Virus record (IMG/VR): IMGVR_UViG_3300045049_000286
Location: 32,001 to 96,000 of that record
Direction: 5' to 3' (one strand)
Origin: a virus
DNA length: 64,000 bases
Both the position numbers and the translations under genes were made by a program. Shown here piece by piece: positions 1-9,225 of this stretch (its first letter is position 1; each line of letters begins with the position of its first letter). The notes under the pieces are model-generated. The model saw only the letters and a program-made list of their open reading frames with translations, made no database searches and was not told where the DNA came from.

Positions 1-2
1 AG

Positions 3-1319
3 TCCATCCTCCTCGACTCCGGCTGCCACACCCTCAACCGCGAAGGCGTCGAAGTCGACCACGACGAACTACGCGCCATCGCCGACCACTACTACAGCCT
101 GATCGAGGCCAACATCGACCGCCTCGACGCGTACACAGAGTTCGACGCCCTCGCCCTCGGACACGACTGGATCAAGAACAACCGCGAACACCTCCATCCC
201 GACAAGGCCATCGTCGTCTGGCACGAGGAGTACGGCCTCGACGAACTGCGCCGCATGGCCGACCAGCACCCCTACGTCGCCGTCGGACAAGCCACCTGCG
301 GCGACCGCGACATCATCCCCGTTCTGCGCTCCCTCGCCCGCCAAGGACGTCTCCACGGCATGGGCTTCTCCTCCCCGCCGCTCATGCTCGCCGCCGACTG
401 GTACTCGATCGCCTCCACCACCTGGCTGTCCGCAGCCCAGCACGGCGAGACCTTCGTGTGGACCGGAACCGAGTTGAAGCGGTACCCCACCCGCTACAAG
501 GCCCAGGCCCGCAAACGCCACCGCTCCCTGTTCACCGACGCCGGCCTCGACGCCGACAAGATCGAAGCCGACGACCCCACCGAGGTCCTGCGCCTGTCCC
601 TGTGGTCGTGGACGAAGCAGATCGAGCACATTTCGCGGCGCCACGGCGACCCAGCAACTGTGACGCCGATCCGGCCACACCTCGAAATCGCGGAAACCAC
701 CGCCGGTGCACCTACGGGGACGCACCCCGAGGATAGCCTCGAACCCGCAACTATCCGCCGCGAGAAGCGCCTCCTGCCCGGAATCGAACAAGAGCGCTTC
801 ACCTACCGCTACACCGACCCCGAAACCGGCGAGAAGACCAGCCGGCAGGAAACCCGCCTGCACGCCGTGGACCCAGACGTCCGCGTCTGCGACGGATGCT
901 TCCTCGCCAACAAGTGCCGCGACTACCAGCCCGGCCACTCCTGCGTCTACGAGATCCCCATCCGCGTCCGCACCAAAGAGCAGTACATCGCCCTCTTGGA
1001 CGGGGTCATCGCCATGCAGGGCGCCCGCGTCATGTTCATGCGCGTCGCAGAAGAGGTCGAAGGCGGATACGCCGACCCCAACCTCTCCCAGGAGATGGAC
1101 CGCCTCGCGAAGTACATCAAGCTCAAGGCCGACATCGAAGAAGCCGGCTTCACCTTCTCCATGAAGATCCAGCAAAAGGACGGCGCACAGGTCGGCCTCC
1201 TGTCCCGGCTCTTTGGAGACAAGGCGGGGGGCCCCCCGGCCCTCACCGCCTCCGGCACAGTGTCAGCCCAGCAGGCAATCGAACAAATGGGCATCGTGGA
1301 CGCCGAAGTCGTCGAATGA
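3..1319 (+). CDS. TGT/DpdA-like (tRNA-guanine transglycosylase fold) protein with C-terminal Cys4 Zn motif and helical tail; 5'-truncated by window edge
   Basis: Frame is open from base 3 (SILLDSGCHT...IVVWH...YVAVG...RLHGMG...WYSIASTTW), matching the LDSG, WH, HxxG and xSxxW motif order of phage TGT-like proteins; then CDGC-x4-C-x8-C. Confidence 0.6.
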   Translation, partial: SILLDSGCHTLNREGVEVDHDELRAIADHYYSLIEANIDRLDAYTEFDALALGHDWIKNNREHLHPDKAIVVWHEEYGLDELRRMADQHPYVAVGQATCGDRDIIPVLRSLARQGRLHGMGFSSPPLMLAADWYSIASTTWLSAAQHGETFVWTGTELKRYPTRYKAQARKRHRSLFTDAGLDADKIEADDPTEVLRLSLWSWTKQIEHISRRHGDPATVTPIRPHLEIAETTAGAPTGTHPEDSLEPATIRREKRLLPGIEQERFTYRYTDPETGEKTSRQETRLHAVDPDVRVCDGCFLANKCRDYQPGHSCVYEIPIRVRTKEQYIALLDGVIAMQGARVMFMRVAEEVEGGYADPNLSQEMDRLAKYIKLKADIEEAGFTFSMKIQQKDGAQVGLLSRLFGDKAGGPPALTASGTVSAQQAIEQMGIVDAEVVE

Positions 1320-1333
1320 GCCAGTAACTCGAA

Positions 1334-1362
1334 GAACCCCGCTCCACCAGGGAACGGGGTTC
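1334..1362. terminator. hairpin between convergent genes
   Basis: GAACCCCG...CGGGGTTC inverted repeat. Confidence 0.5.
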
Positions 1363-1386
1363 GTCCAACCACAGGCTCGAACCGGC

Positions 1387-1872
1387 TCAGGCCAGCTGAT
1401 CCTCGCGCTCTCCGGCCTCCTCCAGCGCCATGTCCTCCAGCACGTCCGCGATGGCAACCTCCAGCGCCGTCTGGTTCGGCCCCACGACCGGCACGAGCGC
1501 CGCCCGGAACAGATCCGGCGCCCTCCTCAACGCCAGCGCCAACGTCGCGGTGATCTGCGGCCCCCACGTGTCCGCCATGTCCAACCGAAGAGCCACGCAG
1601 CGCGACTCCTCCGCAATCAGCCGCAGCCTAACCTCACCGGCTGGTTCCGCTACCGCTAGCCACCGCATGCACTCCGCGTGGACGTCCTTCATCGTCTGCA
1701 CCGCGATCGAGTAGCGCAGGTGCATGCCGCTCAGCTCGTCCAGCGTGATCTCCAGATCCGGGTGCGCCGCCTGGTACTCCCGGAACTCCATCAACCAGCT
1801 CTGCCCCACACGCCACGCCGCCCGGTACCGGCGCGCGTAGCCGCCGTCTTCCAGCATCTCCGGGGAACTCAT
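1387..1872 (-). CDS. hypothetical protein
   Basis: ORF with GAGGAGG RBS before ATG at 1872. Confidence 0.7.
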   Translation of the reverse strand: MSSPEMLEDGGYARRYRAAWRVGQSWLMEFREYQAAHPDLEITLDELSGMHLRYSIAVQTMKDVHAECMRWLAVAEPAGEVRLRLIAEESRCVALRLDMADTWGPQITATLALALRRAPDLFRAALVPVVGPNQTALEVAIADVLEDMALEEAGEREDQLA

Positions 1873-1902
1873 AACACCCTCCTCGCTCCTAACACGTACG
1901 CA

Positions 1903-1931
1903 GCATATGCAAATCACCACGACGCATATGC
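1903..1931. promoter_or_regulatory. paired GCATATGC palindromes (putative operator)
   Basis: GCATATGC at 1903 and 1924, 21 bp apart, upstream of the 1872 gene. Confidence 0.6.
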
Positions 1932-1993
1932 GAAAACGACAAAACGGCCCCACCAGGACCTAGATCCCAATGGGGCCGCTCTCGCGCCCTACG

Positions 1994-2335
1994 TCACGTC
2001 TCCTGCAACGGCTCACCCGCGCGCACCTTGCGCACCACCTCGCGGTGACCCTCCAGCGCGTCCTCCGCAGTGTGGTACTCGGCCACCTCGATCGGACGAG
2101 GCACACCATCGTGCGGCCAGAAGACCGCCGTCCCGAAGAACGCCCCCGGCTCATGACACGAGCACCCGCCCGACAGGTCGTACGGACTGTCGAGATGCCG
2201 CATCGTCCGCACCAGCACCAGCACCCCGCCAGGTGCCGGCACCTCGTCCTCGCCCATGACCCGGTTCTCGAAGCTGTTCGCCGGGTCCAGATACTTCGCG
2301 ACCCGCTGCTCCACCTCGTCGTCCCTGGACCCCAT
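1994..2335 (-). CDS. hypothetical phage protein
   Basis: Tightly packed ORF, phage-like codon use. Confidence 0.65.
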   Translation of the reverse strand: MGSRDDEVEQRVAKYLDPANSFENRVMGEDEVPAPGGVLVLVRTMRHLDSPYDLSGGCSCHEPGAFFGTAVFWPHDGVPRPIEVAEYHTAEDALEGHREVVRKVRAGEPLQET

Positions 2336-2339
2336 TCTC

Positions 2340-2684
2340 TCAGTCCTCGAACGGCTCCAGCAGCGCGTACGCCTCTTCGTGCCGGCCGTCCAGCCAGAGC
2401 TTCGAGTACGCGCCGATGTGCCGGCGCGGCAGCAACCCGCGCTGCTCGGCGATGAGACCGGAGTCATCCCACGCGCCGACCTCGCTGTCGAGGAAGCTCG
2501 TGCCCTTCGTGTCGGCGCGGTCCAGCCGTTCAGCCTCGATGCCGAACGCGAGAAACTCGGCGCGCGTACCGACCATGGCCGGCTGCTCACACATCGTCGA
2601 CCAGCCTACGTACAGGTCTTCGTCGGGCGCCGACTTCATGATCAGACGGGGCTGCCAGAGGCCCCGCGTGGCAGGCATCGTCAT
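2340..2684 (-). CDS. hypothetical phage protein
   Basis: AAGGAG RBS; ATGA overlap with upstream gene. Confidence 0.7.
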   Translation of the reverse strand: MTMPATRGLWQPRLIMKSAPDEDLYVGWSTMCEQPAMVGTRAEFLAFGIEAERLDRADTKGTSFLDSEVGAWDDSGLIAEQRGLLPRRHIGAYSKLWLDGRHEEAYALLEPFED

Positions 2685-3061
2685 GCTGCTCCTTCTGGTT
2701 GGAATCGGTGACTCTCGTAGCTGCTGAGCTTCCAGCCGCCCTGCTCGTGGTCGTCCTGGAGGACGTTGAGCCCGGGGGCCTTGATCGTCTCCGTACACAC
2801 GTCGCAGTCGCACTGGTGCGACATGCACGGGCACTGGGCGTCGTCGCAGAGCGGATTCGCTCCGTACCCCTCGGCGACGTCCTTCGACCACGTCGGGTGG
2901 ACGCGGTGCTCTCGGTCGAATCGGTGGCCGTGGGGCAGCGGGACCTTCGGGCAGGAGAACTTCGATCCCTTCGCCGCCTCCTCGGTGGCCCACGCCGCCC
3001 GGCAGCCGTTGCACTGCCACCGGCCGGCACGGACCTGACCGACATGGGGGACGCGCTTCAC
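2681..3061 (-). CDS. Cys/His-rich hypothetical protein
   Basis: CNGC, CxC and CDCDVC motifs; GTGA overlap. Confidence 0.6.
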   Translation of the reverse strand: MKRVPHVGQVRAGRWQCNGCRAAWATEEAAKGSKFSCPKVPLPHGHRFDREHRVHPTWSKDVAEGYGANPLCDDAQCPCMSHQCDCDVCTETIKAPGLNVLQDDHEQGGWKLSSYESHRFQPEGAA

Positions 3062-3258
3062 GGGGTGGCTTCCCGCGCCTCGGCGGCCTCGGCCCCCTCC
3101 TTGGCCCACTGCAGCTCGGCGATGACCTTGTCCACATCCTCGGGCGTCAGGTAGGTGAACCCGTCGATCCCGCCCGACGCCTGGATGCCGACGAGGCCGG
3201 CCATCCACGTGAAGCTGAGCTGCTGCCGGTTCTGCCCGACGCGAATTTCATGGCTCAC
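3058..3258 (-). CDS. hypothetical protein
   Basis: GAGGAG RBS, GTGA overlap. Confidence 0.6.
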   Translation of the reverse strand: MSHEIRVGQNRQQLSFTWMAGLVGIQASGGIDGFTYLTPEDVDKVIAELQWAKEGAEAAEAREATP

Positions 3259-3437
3259 TGGTTGTTCTCCTCGATCGAGATCTCGGGCACCTCGTCGAAT
3301 CCGACCTTCACGCCGGCGCGCTCCAGCTCGCCGATCATGCCGCCGTGCAGCACCGCCTCCTCGATCGCTTCCTTCATCTTCCACAGCACGTAGCCGCGCG
3401 GCAGCTCGGCGTTGAAGCTGATCGTGATCTTGGCCAT
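3255..3437 (-). CDS. hypothetical protein
   Basis: AAGGAGGAG RBS. Confidence 0.6.
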   Translation of the reverse strand: MAKITISFNAELPRGYVLWKMKEAIEEAVLHGGMIGELERAGVKVGFDEVPEISIEENNQ

Positions 3438-3439
3438 GA

Positions 3440-3655
3440 CTACTTCTCCTCCTTGTCGACGGCCCGAGCCGCCGCGTCCTGCCGGGCCTTCGGCCACGAG
3501 TAGAAGATCGCGTCAGCCGCTGCATCGCCCTGATCGGCCGCCCGGCAGATCTCGGCGTCGCTCGCGTCCGCGTAGGCCGACACGTTCTCCAGCTCCTCGT
3601 CCGTGAGGTCATCCGGGTTGTGCGGGTCATGGAAATCGTCGCGGCGTCGGATCAT
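3440..3655 (-). CDS. small acidic hypothetical protein
   Basis: ORF in packed operon. Confidence 0.55.
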   Translation of the reverse strand: MIRRRDDFHDPHNPDDLTDEELENVSAYADASDAEICRAADQGDAAADAIFYSWPKARQDAAARAVDKEEK

Positions 3656-3993
3656 CAGTCCACCTTCTCGATCGCGAGAAGGTGGGGGACAAGGTCCTCG
3701 GGCAGCATGGTCTCTCCTCGGGTGAAGGTGCCTGGTGGCACCGTATCGGCCCCTCGGCCCGGAGCGGGAAAAACGAGGGGAGCGGGTGGGAGCGGACACG
3801 GATGCCCGGCCGCCGGAAAATGCAAAATGCGTCACCCGTTCGGCCGGGCATACCGGACATTTTTCGCGGGGACGTCAACCTCGTGCTGACGGACTCCGAC
3901 GACGCGACTCCCGACAAGGCCGACTGCTGGGCCGCCTTCTGGGAGGTCATAGGCCCTGAGCTGTACCGGCTCTGGCTCGAAGACCAGACCAAC

Positions 3994-5715
3994 TCAACTA
4001 GCGACTGACGCGCGCTGTTCCAACACCTTCTCCCATGCCACGCGTCGCTTGACCTTCCCGTCGGGAGCCTCCCACGCGGGCACGATCTCGATCACGCTCC
4101 AGGACGTACCGGCACCCTTGCGCACCGCAATATGGTCGACAACCATGCGCAGCGCCGCTCGGCGCTTGTCCACCGACAGCCGTGGCCACTGCTCCGCCAT
4201 CTTCTCGAATGCTTCCGCAGGCGGCGGCGCACTGCTGCGTACCCGGGGCGCGAGCGTCTTCATCTCGGTCTCGATGTCCGCCAGCCTCTGCTCGTACTCG
4301 CGGGTGAGCTTCTCCGCCGACCGCTCCGGCACGGACTTCTTCGCCACTGCGAGGGCCAACGCATCCTGCTCGGCTTCGATCTGCTCCTTGAGCTTCTCCA
4401 GCTGTACCAGCTTCTTGCGGTCCCGCTCATCAGAAAGTTGACGCTGGACCGCTGCTACCGCGTTCTCCTCGCCCTCAGCGTTCGCCTTGAGCCAGTTGAG
4501 GACCGCAGCTTCCAACCGTGCCAGCGAGACCTGCACGCCCTCGCAGTCGCCCGTGTGCAACTTGCGTCGGCAGCCGAAGTTGACGATGTACCCCGACGTC
4601 GCCCGAGAGTCCCGCCTCGGCCGTGCGGACATGGAAGACCTGCAGACGCTCCCGTTCTCCCGCGTCGCATAGCAACGAACCAGCGTCGAAACCGAGTACT
4701 TGGGGTTCGTCGACCGCGTCTCCCCCTGTGCCTGCAGCAGCCGGCGCTCCACGTACCGGCGCCACACCTCTGGACCGATGATCGGAGCGTGCTTACCCCG
4801 CCGCCAACCGGCTGGCGGAGCGTAGTACGACGGACCGCCTTCCTCGTCTTGAACAAGCTCCCACTCGAAATCGTCGGCCGCCCACTTCCGCAGCTCCTCG
4901 GTCTCCGTACCGACGTCGGTCCGGAGGTAGCCGGCCTGGAACCCGGTGTCGAGCGAGTTGCGCCAATCGCCCCACGACATCTTCTTGCCGTCGGGGTATT
5001 TCTTTGACGGGGCCGAACGGAATCCGGACTTCTGGAACTGCGCAGCGAGCGCCTGCCCGCTTTCGCCGTTCCCGTACCGGCGGCACATCTCCTCGATGTC
5101 GTCGGCCGTGCTCTCGTTGATCTGCAGCACGCCGTCGCACGTCTTGCAGTGGACGTATGCGCGCTCGTTCATCGGGTTGCGATGGCAATCAGGGCACCGG
5201 GTGTATCCGAGCCGCAGCCGGCCGCTGTGCGGCATGCCGCGCCGGTGTCGGTTGTCGTGGGCGCGGACCCACGCCTCGGAGATAAGCACCGAGCCGTTCT
5301 CGTCGACCACGGTGTTGAATTGAAAGGCGAGCTTTCCGGCCGCCGTGGATGTGTCGATGATCTGGCCGCCAGCGATAAGGCATGAGCCAGATTCACGCAG
5401 CAGTCGCTCATGCCGCTGAGCCTCTGCGCTGTTGCGCCCCCACCGGTTGGTGTGAATGAGGATGACGCCGTCGATCTCAGCGCGGCGCGACATGTCAATG
5501 ATTTCCATGATTCGGCGCGTCTCGAAGACGGTGCCGGTGAGGTCCTTCTCGATGATGACATCGACGACCGAAACACCGAGCATCTCGGCTACGCGCTTGC
5601 CGTGGTCGATCTGGATCTCTTCGCTGTACTGCATCGTGCGGTCCATGCTGATGCGCACATAGATGACTGCCCGGCGCAGTGCGCGAAGGGCTGTACGGCG
5701 CAGCTTCTTTGCCAT
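3994..5715 (-). CDS. int: large serine recombinase (integrase)
   Basis: YVRIS catalytic motif, NRWGRN, LGY recombinase domain, H(A)PII motif, Zn ribbon and coiled coil; 573 aa. Confidence 0.93.
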   Translation of the reverse strand: MAKKLRRTALRALRRAVIYVRISMDRTMQYSEEIQIDHGKRVAEMLGVSVVDVIIEKDLTGTVFETRRIMEIIDMSRRAEIDGVILIHTNRWGRNSAEAQRHERLLRESGSCLIAGGQIIDTSTAAGKLAFQFNTVVDENGSVLISEAWVRAHDNRHRRGMPHSGRLRLGYTRCPDCHRNPMNERAYVHCKTCDGVLQINESTADDIEEMCRRYGNGESGQALAAQFQKSGFRSAPSKKYPDGKKMSWGDWRNSLDTGFQAGYLRTDVGTETEELRKWAADDFEWELVQDEEGGPSYYAPPAGWRRGKHAPIIGPEVWRRYVERRLLQAQGETRSTNPKYSVSTLVRCYATRENGSVCRSSMSARPRRDSRATSGYIVNFGCRRKLHTGDCEGVQVSLARLEAAVLNWLKANAEGEENAVAAVQRQLSDERDRKKLVQLEKLKEQIEAEQDALALAVAKKSVPERSAEKLTREYEQRLADIETEMKTLAPRVRSSAPPPAEAFEKMAEQWPRLSVDKRRAALRMVVDHIAVRKGAGTSWSVIEIVPAWEAPDGKVKRRVAWEKVLEQRASVAS

Positions 5716-5799
5716 GCCTCTCCTCGGTAGTCGTGTTGCACGATACCGACGAAGGGGGTGCTTCTCCTCGTCCGACAGGCGCTGGGGCGGCCCGTTGTG

Positions 5800-5853
5800 A
5801 GTAGAACCCTCTTGTCAGTCTCGTGAAGACGAACGCTACCAGAGGGTGCTACT
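5800..5853. other. candidate attP of the serine integrase
   Basis: 54-bp dyad: AGTAGAACCCTCT/AGAGGGTGCTACT outer arms (12/13) and inner TCGT-G-AA-G-ACGA around a central AA at 5826-5827. Confidence 0.6.
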
Positions 5854-6163
5854 TCCCTGCGTGGCTTCCGTACCAGAACTCATAGGTCGTCGGATCGTCG
5901 TTCTGACCAGCTGACTTGTCGCGAATCGGCAGCTCAATCACAGGGGCCAGGGCGGGTTCGTCCGCCTCCAGAAGGTCCAGGATGCCGGACGCCTCGGCGT
6001 CGGGCTGAGCTTCGAGCAGGCTTCGCAGGTACGCACGCTGCCTCGGGCTGATGATCAACTCCATGCCTCCCTCTGTGAGCGTCGCTGTCTCCACAGCGCA
6101 CGCTTCGAAGGTAGCGAGCAACAGCTCGCCGATATCCCTGCGGTTCCGTCGGGTCTTAGCCAC
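5849..6163 (-). CDS. hypothetical protein upstream of integrase (possible directionality factor)
   Basis: GGGGAG RBS; function inferred from position only. Confidence 0.5.
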   Translation of the reverse strand: MAKTRRNRRDIGELLLATFEACAVETATLTEGGMELIISPRQRAYLRSLLEAQPDAEASGILDLLEADEPALAPVIELPIRDKSAGQNDDPTTYEFWYGSHAGK

Positions 6164-6264
6164 AACAAGCTCCCCAGCTTCGTGGACTGATTCAGCCGTG
6201 ATCGTAGTGGGGAAAATGCGGCACCCACCACACGATCGGCCGGACCCGCGAATATTGTGATGGC

Positions 6265-6801
6265 ATGCGAGACGAGAATGCGCTGCGCGCGCTGTGGGAC
6301 GCCCTGCCCGCCATCCAGTGCAAGGGCCTGTGTGATGACTCGTGCACCGCGATCGACATGAGCCCGCTGGAGCACGATCTGGTGCGCGAGGCCGGCGTCG
6401 ACATCCCCAAGCATGCGGTAACGAAGGACCAGCGATGCGTGGCGCTGGGGACGTTCAACCGGTGCCGCGTCTACGAGAGCCGGCCGACTGTGTGCCGGGT
6501 TTTCGGGCTGACCCGGTCCCTGTACTGCGGGCATGGCTGCGTGCCGGAGGGCGGCTTTTTGGAGGAGTACGACGCGATCCTGCGTCTGCAGCTCTCGATG
6601 CTCTACGGCGGGGCTTTCCCGGACGACCTCACCGAGGAGCGGTTGAGGGAAGTGGCTGCGCGGCCGGAGGTCCGTGCGAAGGTGCTGGCCGCTTCTCTGA
6701 GCATCGGATGGCCCCGGTTACCGCGCGCGTTGTGGAGTGAGAATGCGAGAGGCCCACCCCCGGCTCGGGTGGGCCTCTTCGTCATGCTGCCACGGCGCTG
6801 A
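6265..6801 (+). CDS. YkgJ-like Cys-cluster (Zn/Fe-S) protein; 3' end uncertain
   Basis: CKGLCDDSC...CVAL...RCRVYESRPTVCRVF motif. Confidence 0.75.
   Translation: MRDENALRALWDALPAIQCKGLCDDSCTAIDMSPLEHDLVREAGVDIPKHAVTKDQRCVALGTFNRCRVYESRPTVCRVFGLTRSLYCGHGCVPEGGFLEEYDAILRLQLSMLYGGAFPDDLTEERLREVAARPEVRAKVLAASLSIGWPRLPRALWSENARGPPPARVGLFVMLPRR
6748..6778. terminator. hairpin between convergent genes
   Basis: AGAGGCCCACCC/GGGTGGGCCTCT 12-bp stem. Confidence 0.6.
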
Positions 6802-7768
6802 GTGTGCGCTCGGGCGGTTCGGTGTGCTCGGCCTGTTCTTGCTTGTCGGCGAGCTTCTTGGCCTTCTGTTCTTCCTTGATGCAGTGGATGCGGATGCTCT
6901 CTTCGCTGGGGAAGGGGAAGCCGGCGCCGTTGTCGTAGGTGGCGCAGCGTTCGTGCTTGGTGCAGCGGGCGCCCCAGGTAAGTCCGGCATCGTTGCCCCA
7001 CTGGATCTCGGTGATGTGTAGTCCGTGGTGGTCTGCGTGGCCTGCGCGGTTCTTGAGGTTGACCCAGTAGGGGGTGGGTGCGCCGGCGCGGTGGTCGAGG
7101 GGGCAGGTGACTTGGCGGAGTGCCGGGTTGCGGTGGCCGTTGTTGGGGCCGGCGCGCTTCTTCTGGACGGCTGGTGTTGGCTGGCTCTTGGCTGCCTGGG
7201 AGGCGGTGCCGCGTTGGGAGAGCTTGTTGATGTGCCCGTCGAGGCCCTTCTTGGTGGTGTAGCCGGCGAGGCAGCCGTCTACGCCGCAGGCGCCGTTGCA
7301 CAGGGCCTCGAAGGTGAAGCCGACGGGGCGGTAGGGCACGTGTTCCAAGGTGCTGTCGTGCTTGCGCTTGGCGTGCTCGCCTCGGTGGCTGTAGCGGACT
7401 GGGTCGCCGCACAGAATGCAGTCGACCATGAGGGCGGTGGTTGGGGTGTCGCCGTCGCGTTGCTCGGGCAGTGGGAGGGTCTCTTGGGTGCCGCGTGCGG
7501 GAGCCTCCTCGACTGCCGCCGGCGTGGTGAGGACCTTGGTGCGCGGTGTGCGCTTCTCGACCGGCGTGCGTGCGCTTCCGAGGAGTTCGGGGAGGGCTTC
7601 GATCCAGGCCCGGCGAGGGTAGGCGAAGTCCCACAGGATGGCGCAGTGGTCGCAGAGGTCGAGGACCTTGCCCTCATCGGTGGTGCGCTGGGCGTCGGCG
7701 GAGATGTTGTGCTGGCCGCGCTTGCTGTGCCAGTCGCAGGTGAGGGTGATCCTGACTTGCTCGGCCAT
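6782..7768 (-). CDS. multi zinc-finger protein with Lsr2-like N-terminus
   Basis: MAEQVRITLTCD...LDLCDHC resembles the Lsr2 dimerisation domain; three to four C2H2-like motifs follow. Confidence 0.6.
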   Translation of the reverse strand: MAEQVRITLTCDWHSKRGQHNISADAQRTTDEGKVLDLCDHCAILWDFAYPRRAWIEALPELLGSARTPVEKRTPRTKVLTTPAAVEEAPARGTQETLPLPEQRDGDTPTTALMVDCILCGDPVRYSHRGEHAKRKHDSTLEHVPYRPVGFTFEALCNGACGVDGCLAGYTTKKGLDGHINKLSQRGTASQAAKSQPTPAVQKKRAGPNNGHRNPALRQVTCPLDHRAGAPTPYWVNLKNRAGHADHHGLHITEIQWGNDAGLTWGARCTKHERCATYDNGAGFPFPSEESIRIHCIKEEQKAKKLADKQEQAEHTEPPERTLSAVAA

Positions 7769-8205
7769 CAGGCGGCTGCCTTACGCGTGCGCTTCTTAGT
7801 GATGGGGGTGACCTCTGCGTCGAAGGCCGACAGCGCCTTGCGCAGGAGGATCGCGCCGTCTGTACTGGCGCGGACGCTGACGCCGGTGTGGGAGATGCCG
7901 TGGGGGGCGACGAGAGCGGCGTTGCGGTTGGCGTACTCGCGGTCGCCGACCTTGCGGCCTCGAAGGTCGACTGGGGTGGTGCGCTCCAGGTCGCACACGG
8001 GGCAGGCTTCGGTGACCTCGATGTAAGCCGCCTTGGCGACCTCCGCGTGGGGCAGGGGGCGGCCCCCTCGGCTGAACGGGGTGACGCGGACCGGCTTGGC
8101 ACGAATCCAGTCGTGGCGGCCGGCGGCGCACTCGGCCAGCTCGGCGGGGATGCCTTCGATGAAGCGCTCGGCCTCAGCGGTCGTGCACAGGTCGTCAACG
8201 CGCAT
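7768..8205 (-). CDS. Zn-binding hypothetical phage protein
   Basis: CAAGRHDW...CPVC; AGGAGAGG RBS. Confidence 0.7.
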   Translation of the reverse strand: MRVDDLCTTAEAERFIEGIPAELAECAAGRHDWIRAKPVRVTPFSRGGRPLPHAEVAKAAYIEVTEACPVCDLERTTPVDLRGRKVGDREYANRNAALVAPHGISHTGVSVRASTDGAILLRKALSAFDAEVTPITKKRTRKAAA

Positions 8206-8367
8206 GGCGGGGCCTCTCCTGTCGTTGCAGGTGTGGAACAGGCAACAAAAATAGCCACCCGGGAATGCAGATGGCCAGGAGGTAACGCATTTTGACTTGT
8301 GTTGGCGTGTTGGCTAGGCCGCGTGGGGGTGTCGTTGAGGGCTGCGACACCCCCCGGTTGCGGCAGG

Positions 8368-9225
8368 TCAGGAGCGCTTGGAGTGGATCTCGTACAGGGC
8401 GATGGCTGCCCCGTTGATGCGGGCATTGCCCTCCTTGTCGCGAGCGGCGAAGCCCTTGCGGAGCAGATGGTCGGTGTTCTTGGTGCCTTCGGGGGCGAGG
8501 AGGCCGCCGTTGGCGATGGCGCGGGCGATGTTGGTCAGGGAGGACTTGGAAGCGACGTCGGCGTTGTCCTGCGCGTGCGCGATGTCCTTCTTGCTGGGGG
8601 TGGGCAGCTTGACTGGTGTGACGCCGGCGCTGGCGAGGCGTTCGCGGATGCGGCGGTCGAGTCCGGCGAACTCGGGGGTGCCCTGGGCGTAGAAGGCGCT
8701 GCTGATGTCGGCTGGGATGCGTCCCCTGGCGGGGGCTGCGCCTACGCCGTAGGTCTTGGCTGCCCAGGCGCGGATGGCGGAGGAGTTCGGGTCGCGGGCG
8801 GCGTTGGGGTCGCGTCCTGGCAGCGCCGGCTCTGTGCTGGGGAGTGGGGCCGTGGTGGTCGGCTCTGGTGTGGCGGCTGTGGCGGGCGTTGACGCGAACT
8901 CAGCGGGGGGGCGGAAGAGGTCGAGTGGGTTGTAGCTGGGGGTGGCGGCGCGTCGGGTGAGGTTCTCGACGCGGGCGGCGTGGTGGGCGAAGGGGGCGAC
9001 GTGGTCGCTGTTGGGGGCCGCGTGCTTTGCGGCCGGTCGGCGGCGGGGCACAATGCGGGCGTGCTTCACGAATGGGTCGAGGGCCTTCTGGAGCCGCTCC
9101 TTGTTTTGGGGGCTGAGGTCGATCTCGTAGGTGACGTCGCCTACCGCGAACGTGACGCATTCAGCGGCGGTCTGCCCATCAATGTCGTCTACGACTTGTT
9201 CAACTTTCACGATTTTGCGCGCCAT
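8368..9225 (-). CDS. lsr2: Lsr2-family nucleoid protein with long linker and C-terminal extension
   Basis: MARKIVKVEQVVDDIDG...YEIDLS...LDPFV dimerisation domain and IRAWA...RGRIP AT-hook domain. Confidence 0.85.
   Translation of the reverse strand: MARKIVKVEQVVDDIDGQTAAECVTFAVGDVTYEIDLSPQNKERLQKALDPFVKHARIVPRRRPAAKHAAPNSDHVAPFAHHAARVENLTRRAATPSYNPLDLFRPPAEFASTPATAATPEPTTTAPLPSTEPALPGRDPNAARDPNSSAIRAWAAKTYGVGAAPARGRIPADISSAFYAQGTPEFAGLDRRIRERLASAGVTPVKLPTPSKKDIAHAQDNADVASKSSLTNIARAIANGGLLAPEGTKNTDHLLRKGFAARDKEGNARINGAAIALYEIHSKRS

Noticed and set aside
3820-4008. Small plus-strand ORF convergent with the integrase 3' end (possible RDF)
   Set aside because: No clear RBS or motif; insufficient evidence to call.
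6715-6724. CGG TTA CCG C in the YkgJ-like ORF, nearly the same context as portal gap 2
   Set aside because: A 7-nt hop leads into a frame running antisense through the next gene. A single-base indel near 6690 giving a stop at 6740, just before the hairpin, explains the 3' end better.
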